From Phaeosaccion multiseriatum (Eukaryota; Protista; Ochrophyta, other classes), in assembly GCA_965112735.1 (NCBI GenBank), contig OZ218961.1:2108001-2172000 (forward strand): a stretch of DNA of 64,000 nt, read 5' to 3'. How positions within the stretch are numbered: the stretch's first letter is position 1; the number at the start of each line of letters is the position of its first letter. Below the pieces are notes generated by a model. The model searched no databases. It had not been told where the DNA came from and saw nothing but the letters and a program-made list of their open reading frames with translations. Shown here in pieces: positions 12,101 through 22,455 of the stretch. Both the position numbers and the translations under genes were made by a program.

Positions 12101-12944
12101 TGCGACCGAGCAGCCCAGGAAGGGCGAGGGCCACTTGCTTCAAGGAATCAACCTTCATCTCCGCCACAAAGACATCTGTGAGTGCCTGCATGTCGGCGAG
12201 AGAGGTGGTGAGCATGCTACTCTCCCACGCGCGCTCGTCGTACAGCGACACGTACTCCTCCTCGGTCAGGCCCATGGCCCCCATGAACCAGTCTCGCTTA
12301 GCCCCCATGGGCCCAACGGTGATGGCTGCTGCATGTTGGCGAGGGGCCTGTGGTCGAGGTGCTTGCGGCCTCTTCGCTACAGGGATCCTTTCTACAAGGG
12401 TGAGGCCAAAGTCGCCCTGCTCGTCATCCTCCTCCTCGTCATCATCCTCATCATCCTCATCCTCATCATCACCGCTTCCGTTCTTCTCCTCCCCCTCCAT
12501 CTTGCTCGTCATGTTCTTGACCATCGTCTTGTCTGTGTTGTTGTCGTCCTCTTCTCCTTCTTCGTCTGCGTCTTTGAAGGCTTTTGCCCATGCTATCCCC
12601 CTCGTCTTGCCGCCTCTCCAAATGCCATCCCCGCTAAATCCCTTTCTATTTCTACTGCTACTGCTGCTGCTGCTGCTGCTGCAGCAGCAGCTGCTAAAGC
12701 TACACGTCCCTTCCCAGCCCCCCTCTGCCGTCCGAATCCCGCCTCTGCTGCCACCATGATTGCCGCCACTACGCCCCCCCGCAAAATACAGAGCTTGCCC
12801 CCTTCTCTGTGGATATGGCCGTAGCGGAGCATGGGCTGAGAAGCCCTCGATCTGTGGGAGGAGCGGCAGCTGGAGCGCTGAGATGCCGACAAGCAGGAGA
12901 GGGAGGAGGGACTCCCATGGCCTGACCCTCCGTGAGCGCGGCAT
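9195..12944 (-). CDS. Predicted plastid-targeted helical-repeat protein with about 8 tandem ~110-120-aa mTERF-like modules (single exon, ~1249 aa)
   Basis: Long uninterrupted ORF. Likely ATG at 12944 (MPRSRR...LLPLLLVGISALQLPLLPQIEG|FSA = signal peptide plus Phe). Repeat consensus is K-x-WF-x2-LG-x3-EW...TSL-x2-M...V-x-L-x-LP-x-LL-x2-SIE-x2-I-x-PRL-x-RL-x2-LG-x2-P-x-F-x2-H-x3-C-x4-D-x2-F-x2-W. The LPxLLxxSIExxIxPR / DxxF pattern resembles mTERF C-terminal motifs. Confidence 0.8.
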   Translation of the reverse strand: MPRSRRVRPWESLLPLLLVGISALQLPLLPQIEGFSAHAPLRPYPQRRGQALYFAGGRSGGNHGGSRGGIRTAEGGWEGTCSFSSCCCSSSSSSSSSRNRKGFSGDGIWRGGKTRGIAWAKAFKDADEEGEEDDNNTDKTMVKNMTSKMEGEEKNGSGDDEDEDDEDDDEEEDDEQGDFGLTLVERIPVAKRPQAPRPQAPRQHAAAITVGPMGAKRDWFMGAMGLTEEEYVSLYDERAWESSMLTTSLADMQALTDVFVAEMKVDSLKQVALALPGLLGRSIEVTVRPRIARIKETGTEAVFAKYAHPLCTIPGNDEFEDWVSLMRVRDCFIDELGLVEADWTYLCDTPGKKKRLRNADIGEVRRLVELLMEMDDVTERDIGLKLPALLGRNLEGKIRLRLNRMFELGHMPSFKKHGRRVCKTENDAKFENWVWRLPRRPEGDLMEAKKKWLLEEMEVTEREWDGTLLVLSAKARLRKATLFAMKNLAAVLLEQMEGATVRAVGLELLNCRTLRVEEDVLPKLEKLRAAGLQPDFGKHWWMVLRPTNDDEFDFWLQQMGENMEAKKVWFTETLGVPQSQWKILRDEQKYDLTLRATSLEHMQELTAVLLEAFSDATVEDVAMLLPRLLPMADLNKVVKPRLARLWELGVEPVFKGHALQVCKAVDDEDFERLLVEGVPKTEEELLEDKRRWFVEDLGGDPEAWDALVATPKGKAGVTNRGLQWLRAMTTFLAEELDDCTAPEVALALPEYVGAEVRMVDAKARVARLRSFKGLSLTLEAHGKALCEASSEETFDMRALGPELLWKEKRTWFQDELKVTTVSLNKICKNETWDRCLKSTPLGVLKAMAKTMLEENEAMAAQQAIQQEGSKKKPPTGRQLVIQQTKATKDVGMALAETFEALEKKRAWFLESLLVLEEEWQRLLLSPKYEKLIRTTSLEQMQALVQYVMDELADAGAREVGQMLPDMLGVSVEGSMKPKIERLKSQGIRPNFKRHARVCCTPLHDSVSSRFVSGDTAVGDTAVGGATTAAAAAAEGGGGADGDTAVGGTTTAAAAEGGGADGDTAVDGTTTAAAAAGGGGGGDGDTAAAAVGGTATDSSSSSTTTTTVPALETKKAWFLKEFGLTEQEWEEEVLDAPTWKMRLTSTSLQKMKDVSALVLSMEGANRRQVGLLLKRLLVPSIDKTIIPRLEGMRELGITPNFHAHARKLCSTGTTTADFLNSVETQAATEDNAIASPAGGIEASPSRRQGA

Positions 12945-13488
12945 GGCTACCAGAGCGCGCCTGCCTCTTGTCGGACTCAGAAGGCAATGAAGGCGCTTGT
13001 TTTCTGTATGGAGGGATGAGGAGTATACAGTGCAAGAAAAGTTAGGGAGGGAGGTGAGGACGCAGGGCGAGGGGAGGCGAAAAGGAGAAGATGAGGGTGA
13101 GAATGAGAGAAGAGGAAGGGCCAGGCCAAGCGAAGGGAGGGGAAGACAAGATCTTGAGAGGAGGGAGGGGAAGAAGGGGAGCAAAGGAAACTAAAAGATG
13201 AGGTGTTTAATCGGTGTTTGGCTTCCCAACCCTTCCCCTTCCCCCCACCTAAATAACACTACTCTGAGCCCAGGACAGCCCATAAAGACTTACCACAGGG
13301 GTCTCTGGGTTCAATGCTATAGTCCTTGTCCTGTGGCCTAGCCGCCCTCAGCATACAACAGGCGAACCCGTGTGTGTGTGGGTCTGTGTGGCGTCGATCG
13401 AAGTGGTAGGAGATGTCAGTATGGAAACCCTTGGGGAAACGCCATTGGTGCTCCAGTCCTCCAGGCAAAAACAAAAATAAATAATAAA

Positions 13489-14627
13489 ATGCACGAGGGG
13501 ACGGTGAAAAGGCACAAATCTGCAGCAGGGACTTGCCGCGAGGATCTGAGCACGCCTCTCTCGGACTCTGAGGAAGATAGTGGCGCCGATGAGGAAGATA
13601 GTGGTGCTGAATCGAGTGAAGATGGTGGGCGGCAGGAGAGGGCTTCTTTGAAGCTTGTCACAACAAGGTCTTGGCGAATCCAGCGCTGGTCCGGGCCGTG
13701 TTGGAGAATGTGGGAGAGGGACATTTCCTCCTCGTGGCAGGTACGAGCAAGGAGTGGAGGGGCCGCTTCAGTCATCTGTACCCATGCTTGAAGACACCCT
13801 TGTCGTCTGTGGTCAGCTCTGCAGAGCGTGTGAGATGGGCCATGCGTCAAGGCCTGGCGCTCCGCTACGAGCCCTTCGAGGCGGGTGCCAGGTACGGAGA
13901 TCTCGAAGCGTGGAAGACAATTGCACCTCATTCACGTGGCTTCTCCTGGGCAAGAGGAACACTCTGTACGGCAACGGAATCATGGCCTGAGTATTCTTAA
14001 GTGGATGCGTTCCCAAGGAGATTGGCCGGATAAAAATCTTGGTGGAGAGGCTGGGCGGCATGGGAATCTGGAGATGTTGCGTTGGCTGCTTTCAGAGGGA
14101 CTGCAACAGGGCTGGCATGGGTGGGCACCACCCCTACCTTCTGCCCGTGATCGAGTATAACTCTCCAATAATCCACCCACGGGAGCTTGGCTGGAGGAGG
14201 GCGAAGGTGGAGAGTGGTGCGGGGGGGCTGAAGCTGCTGCGCACGCAGGTCAACTTGAGGCTCTGCAGTTCCTCCATGCGTACGACCGCCACCTCACCAC
14301 ACCTCGGCGATTGGGACGCAAGGGTGTGTGAGGCTGCGAGGCTGCAGTGGTGGGGGCCAACAAGAGCCTCGCAATGCTCAAGTGGCTCCGATCAGAGGAA
14401 GTACAGTGTGAGTGGGACGAAGTTTCCTGCCCGCAGTTTATCAGGAACGGGGGATTGCGTGATACGTGGGACATCAGTGACGGCGTCTTCGAGGACATTT
14501 AAGCAGTGGGTGCATGACAACGGCTGCCCTTGCTACTGCGAGGACTGGTCTGAGGAAGAGGAAGAGTTTTTGAGATGGAGGCAGGACGGGTCGGAAGACT
14601 GCCCCCGAGGCCGTGGGCAAGTAGGTT
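13489..14627 (+). pseudogene. Frameshifted ankyrin-like repeat gene (algal/giant-virus W-D/GCP type)
   Basis: Fragments lie in different frames: VLENVGEGHFLLVAGTSKEWR, EAGARYGDLE, LSILKWMRSQG, EAGRHGNLEMLRWLLSEG, WDARVCEAA, MLKWLRSEEVQCEWDE, QWVHDNGCPC. Several frameshifts and stops, with no intron signals to rescue them. Confidence 0.75.
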
Positions 14628-15058
14628 AGGGGGGTATCGAGGGGCTGGACGATGCGATAGAGCTGTCTTTGTTGTCTGGTGAGATCTCCTTCCTTCTGTC
14701 AGTGTACATGTGCTCCTCCAGAGCCTTTGGTAGTGGAGCAGAGCGGAGCCTTGCGCCCCTAGCTTTACAAGAACGCGATGCATCGGAAACTAGAACTACC
14801 TTCCTCTCATGAGCCATCTTGACCTTCCTTTGCTGGCACTGCTATAGGACCGGAGGACATTAGGCTCTGGGTGGCGTGATACAACAGCGCCAGACAATTA
14901 AGTGGCTCCAAGCGATAAGCACAGCAAGCAAGGAGAACTCACCCAGGCTTGTAAGGGGACATGAGTAGAGTAGGAAAGACGAAAGATGGTGGGACCTTCC
15001 AATAATGACACACGCTAAACGCGCAGCGCTGGGCAACTTCTCATCTCACTCTCTCTCT

Positions 15059-15105
<47 letters not shown>

Positions 15106-15227
15106 CTGTATTCTCTCTCGTCCTCCGCGGGCTCGCTCTCCCCCTCGCGAGCGCGCTCTCTCTCTCTCCCTCTCCCCTCTTCCCTCTCATCGCTCGTCTC
15201 CTCCCCCCCCAAAAAAGAGCCCTTGCG

Positions 15228-15693
15228 ATGGGGGGGTGCGCGGCAAAGCTCTCCCGTCGCCGCTCGGGCGGCGCGGCGAAGGAAGACGACATCTGGCCAC
15301 CAGCGCGTATGCTTCCGGTGCCGGGTGCTGCTCCCTGTTCAGAGCACAACCACCGTCGTGAGGAGAAAGCAAGCCCCCCCCGCGAGCGGACGGCTGAGGG
15401 TGAGGGTGAGGGTGGGCCCCCCAAAGGCCCGGGATATTGAGGCCCTTTTCAAACGCGAGGATGAGGAGTCCAATACGCTGGACAAGTCCGCTCCCTGGAG
15501 CGGTTTGGAGGCGGCGGTCGAGGCCGTGTCTTAGTGCTCGGGTCAGAATGAAGTGGATGGACATGCTTCGAGGGATGAAGCGAGTCCAGCAGAACTGCCT
15601 CAGTCAGGTCGTGTGCAAGGCAGCGCGAGGCAGCTGAGAGGGGCGCGCGAGCAGCGCGGACTCAGCGACTCGACCATCGATCGGCTGCTTTGA
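15228..15693 (+). other. Possible small or decayed gene with N-terminal MGGCAAK (myristoylation/palmitoylation-like)
   Basis: ATG at 15228 gives MGGCAAKLSRR. The frame ends at 15440 and coding-like sequence continues in another frame with a stop. No recognisable domain. Confidence 0.25.
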
Positions 15694-17653
15694 AGTTTGT
15701 GGCTCTGAATGACGTACAGGTACTTGGTGGGAATACCAACGTGCGTGCGCGTGCTGTCATCGTTTTGCCTTCTGGGAAGCGATGTGCCGTCTGTTTGGCG
15801 CAGGAAGGCGGCTGAGGCGGGGGGAAGGGCCGTTTCGTCGCCCTGTTTGTCCACAATTGGCAGCTCTATTCCCCAAACCCTTGGCGCCGGCTCCGCGCTC
15901 AACAACCAACGGCCTCAGAGAGGAGAGAGGAGCGCCTTAGCTAGACTAACGTGGAATTTGGGTGGGCAGGGGGGGAGGGGCAGGAGGGGGACGACTGGCA
16001 CGCACGCACACACATACATACACGTCGGCAGACAGCTAGGAAGTCAGGTAGCGTGCCTACTAGTAGCGTGACGGCTCCGGCGGGGCAGAGAGAGAGAGAG
16101 AGAGAGAGCTAGAGAGGTGTATGGGTAGGCAGACCGAGAAAGGGAGAGCGGGGCACACGGGCAGGCGCAGGGGTGGAGCCCAGAGCTAGCTACTTTTGTC
16201 CGCAAGACGAGTCGCACCCACGAGTCGCACACCAGAGGGGGCCATGTCTACGGACACTTGCTGCACAGGCAGGGGCACTTTCTATAGGACATGTATTATT
16301 AAGCCTGCTTTTACGTTTGCCTCTGTGCACGTGATGCGTGCGTGCGTGTGCCACGCCGCGCCCAGGGGATAGTGATTCCCTCCACCATGATACTAGAATA
16401 CAGTTACTTACGGTTACAAGTACAACCCCCCCGGTAAAGAACTGGTACTGTACGTACTGTCCACACTTCCCTCCCCCCACCCCACCCCCCTGCCTCCCTG
16501 CCCCTCCTCCCTCCCAAACTTGCCTTTCGGGCTGTTGCCTCCGACCTCCACCAGCGACACGTGGAGGGGTGTGGGTGGTAAGTGCGAATGATTTGCCACG
16601 AAGACCTCTCCCCCCTCGGGTCTTGCGCCCTTCCCCAGACACCCTCTTATCTATCCTACACTCTCCAAACCCCACCCCCACCCCTCCTCTCCTCTCCTCC
16701 GATGAATAAACACATTCGTAACTTAAAACTTAAACCGGCCACTCCTCAAACCTGCGTTCAAAACAAAAACTTAAAATCGGCACAGCACGAAGTGTCAAGT
16801 GCCGCGACTATACGGTATATATATACCCATACACACATCATTTCATACCGTCCCTCGTCCACACAGATACATACACATGTATACACACCACCATACACGG
16901 CATTCCTCTCTCCTTTCTGTTGGTCCACTGTTGGTCCGCTGTTGGTCCACTGTCTCCACTGCTCTCCAGCTGTTGGTCCACTATTGGCGAGGTGGGTGAG
17001 CTGTGGACGGCATGTGTTGTTGTCAACTGTTGTCAACTGTTGCCGATGTCATGTTGCCCGAGGTGGGTGAAACTGTCGACTGTTGTCCGCTGTCCGCTGC
17101 GTACTCATCCTCACGCCACCCGACCTTACTCTCGCCCCCGCTCTGCTCTGGTCTGCCCTTGTCTGCTCCATTGCTCAGTCCCCCCCCAGCTTCTTCTCCC
17201 TCTTCTCTGCTTCGCTATGCTCCACTCTGCCTTGCTTTGCTTCGCTTGTGTGCTGCTGCTTTTCTTTGCGCCGCTCTCCTCCCCTCCCGGTGAAGGCCCG
17301 AAAGGCAAGGCAAGTGCCGCGTGCAAAGGCTACATGTGCCCCGATTTGATCTGCAGGGCAGTCAGGATCGGGGTACATGAAGCCCTTTGGACGCCACACT
17401 TGCCTTGCCTTTCGGGTGGTGGGGGAAGAGAGGAAATAGACGGCACAGGACGGCGTCAATTACGGCAAGATGAAAGCAACGACACGAGCGAAGCAGAGCG
17501 AGACAGAGCTCCTGGCGCGTCACCCCATCCCGTCGCCGCCTTCCCATTCCCCCCCTCCACTCGCTGCAGCCCATCAAAATCGATGCCAATTCAATCATCG
17601 CAGCGTCCCCTCCTCTCTTCCGCTCGCAGCTGCCCAAGATTCGTCCACCCATA

Positions 17654-18036
17654 CTACTCCACCCAGGCCATCCACTCGAGGTTCTCAAACGCAGATGTCA
17701 GCCCCGCCCCATGCGACGCCCCTGCTCCAGCCGCAGCCCCTCCTCCTCTTCCTCCTCCACCTCCTCCTCCTCCTCCCTCTCCCGCTCCTCCTCCTCCTCC
17801 CTCTCCCGCTCCTCCTCCCTCTCCCGCTCCTCCTCCGTTCATCTCATTCTCAACGCCTGAGTGTGCTTGCCGAACTCGTCGCCCAAACTCGCGCGTCTTG
17901 TCCGCTGTCCCCTTAGACGCCTCTCGAGCCCTTTTCGCGGGCCTCCTTGCGCTGGAGTCAGAAGAAGGAGCCGCCGCCCCTCTCGTGTTCATATTGGCCT
18001 TCGACAGCTGCTGCTGCTGCCCTTGCTGTACCACCA

Positions 18037-18071
<35 letters not shown>

Positions 18072-20779
18072 ACTTGCAACAAGTAAAGCTGACGCTGTCG
18101 TTTGTGCTCCACCAACATGTCAAGGTACTGCTGCCTCTGCTGCTGCATCACCAACTGCGGCTCCTGTTGAGCCTGCTGCTCGTGCCACAGTTGAGGCTCC
18201 TGCCTCTCCTGCTTTTGCCTCCTCGACATGCACTTGCACACCTTCCCCTTGCGGCCGGAGGATGAGTAGGCCCAGCTGAATCTGGGCGAGCTGGCGTCGC
18301 ACTGCCCCGTGGGAACAACACCTGTGGGTACGCTCTGTCCGCTCTCACCGGAGGGCCCATCGACGCGAGGACGGCGTTGGGGCGGCAGACGCATGGAAGA
18401 CATGTTGGTGGTACGGTCTGTGTGTTGGCGTTGGCGAGGAGGCGCTTGCTCTCCCTCCTCCTCCTCCTCCTCCTCCTCCTGTGCATACCGAGGCCTCCGC
18501 CTCTTGCGCAGCACCATCCCACCAGTCCTTCCAGCGGCGGCCGTTGCGCTCCTGTAGAAGGAGGGGTATTGCATGGGCGTGGGGCATATGCGTGGGTTCG
18601 TGCGTGTGTAGGGGGGGTGGGGTGGGGTCGGAGAGAGAAGGCGGAGAACGAAAATGAGAAGATCAGCTTGCTTCGAGTGCTTCCACTGCTTGTGAGGCAC
18701 GGAGAAGGGAGCGGGCGAGGAGGGGAGGGCCCCAAGAGGGAGGTGAGGTGCGAGAGGAAAGGATAGATAAGGGGTGAACACGACACGCACACGGATGGGA
18801 CATGCCCACCAAGATACTAACGACGCTTCCTCCTTAGGGAGCTCCTTAGGGAGGAGCACGGCCTACCTACTGCAGTTCCCTCGTGACATGACACTCACTA
18901 CCTCCCTGCGCAAACCCGCTCGGAAACCCTCCTTCGTACCTTTCACCCAGGGGCGAGGCGGCCGCTCGCTGGGCCAGGACCTTGCTCTCGCCGCCCTCCT
19001 GCTCCTCCTGTCCCTCCTCCTTGCCCTCGCCCTTGCTCTGGCCCTTGCTCTGGCCCTTGCTCTGGCCTTTGCCCGCCGCCACCGGAATGTTCTCTGCCCC
19101 TTCGCCTTCGCCACTGCGGTCTCCGCCACTGACATCATCTCCGTCACGGCCGTCATCGTCATCGAGAGGGGCAAGGGTCCACTGGCCACACACGGGGGAG
19201 GACGCTGCCCAAGCTGCTATTCCTCCTGGTGTATCACCAACTGCTGCTGGTGCTGCTGGTGCTACTGCCGCTGGTGCTGCTACTGCTTTCCCTCCTGGTG
19301 TGACTGGCGTTGCTGCTCGTAGTGGTGCTGCTGCGACTGCTGGTGATACTGCTGCTGCTGCTCCACTGCCACTCATCCCCATGTCCTCCTCCCCCAACCA
19401 TCCCCCCACGCTCGACTCGGAGGAAGAAGGCGAAGACTCCACCCTGACAGCCGCTTGAGCCACACGGCGCTCCCAGTAATTAAACATGGGCTGGAGTTGC
19501 CTGATTCTAAACATGTTGTACACATAAGTAGGGTGGCTCGTCCCCTCGGGGCCCGCCTGGTGCCGCTCAGCCTCGGTGTTCAGTTCCCGAATCTCTCGTT
19601 CGATCTTGTCCCTCCACCAGGAGCATCGCTGAAGATCGGGCATTCGCATCAGCGTGCCAGTGTCGACGGTGACAGTGTCAGTGTCGGTGTAGAAGGTGAA
19701 GGTGGTGCTGTCGTCTGCGTCGGTTTCGGCATCTGTGAGCCGCGCCTCTGGAAGCGGTAGCTCTGAGAGCGGCACCCTTTGCTGCCTCGGTGGCCTCGGC
19801 TCTGGCGGAGGGAGACTCGTCCGAGTAGTAGGAGGAGGAAGAGAAGGAGGGGGAGGCGGAGGACGGGAAAGAGAAGAAGCGCTTCCGAAGGCTGGGGCTG
19901 CGGTGCGGGTGGTGAGCTCCGACGGCTCCGATGAGGGGCTGCACAGGGAAGACGGACGGCCGGTGCGTGTGCTGCCATCCCTGGCCCTCCTGCTGGAGGT
20001 GGTGGTGCTGCTGCTACTGCTGCTGCTGCTTCTGGTGGTGGTGGTGGTGCTGCGGCTGCTGGTGGTGGGGGGGGTAGCGTAGTCGGTAATGATGCCCGTG
20101 CTGCCGCTGGACCTCCGGTAAGAGTCGTAGGGAATGTCCGCCGACAGGTGGTACGGAGAGAGCGACACTCGTCTCACACTATGGGACGGGGGGGAGAGGG
20201 AGGGAGGGAGAGAGGAAGCGCAGTGGGAGAGCGGTGCGGCCGAAGTGAGGAGAGGAGGGGGCAGAGGGAGCGGTTCGACAACACAGAGAGATGCAGAAGA
20301 GAGAGAGGGAGAGCAGCGGAGAGAGAAAGAGAGGCCTTCTTCGTTTCCCACCTTAAGGGCGCAGCGCCGTTGAGCTCATTTCCCGAGTTCTGCAGCACGT
20401 TCACCGCAGGTCCCTTCCCGCCTCCACTCCCCGGCACCGAAACGATGCGTGCGGGGGAGGCGCTTGAAGCGCACAAGTCACGCCTGGAGGAGTCGAGGGA
20501 CTCCGGAGTGGATGGATCGCGCAAGGCGAACGTTACGTGCGGTTTCCTGTTGTCGCCTGCCGCTATGTCTTCTTCTTTCCTCCCAAACGGCCGGTCTGCA
20601 CTTGGCACAGCCTTTCGGTGAGGATGGAGGATGGGCGACAGGGTGAGATTCAAGAACGCATCCTCCGCCGTTGCTACTGCCTCTTGCTCCTGAGTCCGAT
20701 GGTGTCCCCCCTTCGTTCTAACGCCCCGCTCCCCCTTGCGAGCCTTCTTCAGGAGCGCCCCAAACCCTCCTGGACTCAT
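17654..20779 (-). CDS. Hypothetical low-complexity protein, 3 exons (20779-20352, 20178-18940, 18551-17654)
   Basis: Three long minus-strand ORFs join in frame through AG|GTGGGA...CATAG and AG|GTACGA...CTACAG introns. No recognisable domain; start codon uncertain. Confidence 0.45.
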
Positions 20780-21247
20780 GGTTGAGCTTGGGGTACGCGG
20801 AGCTGGTGCGAGGGTCCGCTCTCCGCTCTTGCGCTTCGCAACCGCGTTCAGCACGGGAAGAGAGCAGAATGCGTTATCAAGAGAGATAGTTTAAGAGGTT
20901 GTGCGAAACAGCGCTGCTGAAGCGACAAGATGGTCGAGGATAGCACAGTCCCTTCCGATGAAATGATACGCACACACGTTGTGTGAAAGGAACAATTTTC
21001 AGTATGTCAGCAACATGTGAGAGGTGTATGGGCTAAATGTCCCTTCCCTTCAACCACTTGACCCATCTGAGAAGGAAGCTGAGAAGCCACGAGCTTATAA
21101 CCTATAAACACGGCTACCCTTTGAGGGCGTCAAAGAGGAGCCATTTTCCATGCAATACGATAGATAGCGCGTCGCTCTCTCTCATCACCTTCTCCTCAAG
21201 CGGAGGGATAGACCCTCGAAAGTTGGACAGAGGACGGAGGAGGGAGC

Positions 21248-22424
21248 ATGTCCGTCCTCGGGGGGGCTCCGATTGACCTCAAAGCAGGCGAAGATGTGGT
21301 GATGACCATCCCCGCCAGCCACAAGGGTGGGCTGGGCACGCTGTACATCACGTCGCTGAGGCTGCTTTGGACAGCGGTGGACGCACAGGCCTCACAGCAA
21401 CGGGTGCGTGTGAGGCTGCTGCTTTGTGTCTTATCTTCCCTGAGAGGAGCAGCTGGGTATGCACACAGATTTTACTTCACCATGCATTGCAGTAGGTAGT
21501 GAGAGGGGGGGAAGCTCGGACCACCCCTCCTCCTTTCAGATCCTGCACGTCTTTCCCTCCCTTCCTCCATATCCCTCCCTCTCACTCTCCCCCTTCCCCA
21601 CCCGCTCCCTCTCCCTCCCCTTCCCTCTCACCTCCCTCTCCCCTCTGCCCTCTACTCTCCTCTCCACCCCCGTCCCTCTTCCTTCTCATCTCCCTCTCCC
21701 CGCCGCAGGTGGAGCTAGCATGGGCGCAGGTCAAGAAGCACCAGGTCTCTCCCGCCAAAATGAAGAACGCGAAGCTCAAAATCGTGCCGGAGATACTCGA
21801 TGTGGACAGCGGATCCTCCACAGAAGGTTGGTGAAGTGCCGGTGCTAAGAATCTTCTTAAATCTTATCTGGAGAGTGATGGAGATAGGTGATTTATCCCC
21901 TCTGGTCGTGAACGTCTGGCCTCCTGATTGATGAGGGAAGTGGGCCCGTCACCGACTGACGTAGCGACGAGGTACCGAGAAGGCAAGCCCAAGTCAATGG
22001 AAGGGATGGCGCCTTGTGTTTTAAAAAAACTCTGCTGTCTCGGTCTCTTGCTGACGACCCCCAACCCCTCTCTGCTACGTGCCTCTCTCTCTCTCCGTAT
22101 CACCAACTGGTACGCACACAGGCAAGGGGTTTGTGTTTGATATCCTGGACGGGGTGGACGAAAACGATGAAGACCAACCTGCGAAGGAGGTCAGTTCAGT
22201 CCAGTTCGCCACCCGACACCAGGCACTGACAGTTTCAGTTTTGTGTTTCATCTCGCCAATCATCTCAGGCAGGCCAGATAGAAGTCCCTCCTTCGTCCAA
22301 TGACGCCTCCTCCTGTCTACATCCCCCCCCCCCCCCATACATACCCACACGCACGCACCCACCCACACTCGAACACACGCACACACGCACGAACACGCAC
22401 GCATGTCCACCCATATCCCACCCC

Positions 22425-22455
<31 letters not shown>

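Noticed and set aside
9157-12824. Long + strand ORFs (685, 508 and 498 aa) and similar antisense ORFs elsewhere
   Set aside because: They are antisense shadows of a real minus-strand gene in GC-rich DNA, Ser-rich and without motifs.
16918-17095. Short CTGTTGGTCCA / CTGTTGTCAA repeats as a regulatory array
   Set aside because: Only a few degenerate copies with no associated gene, so a function cannot be supported.
21828-22030. Complex-sequence intron segment with TGATGA and CTGA boxes as a C/D snoRNA or snRNA
   Set aside because: Box spacing and terminal stem are unconvincing, and no rRNA-complementary guide or snRNA consensus could be recognised. An Infernal/Rfam scan would be needed.
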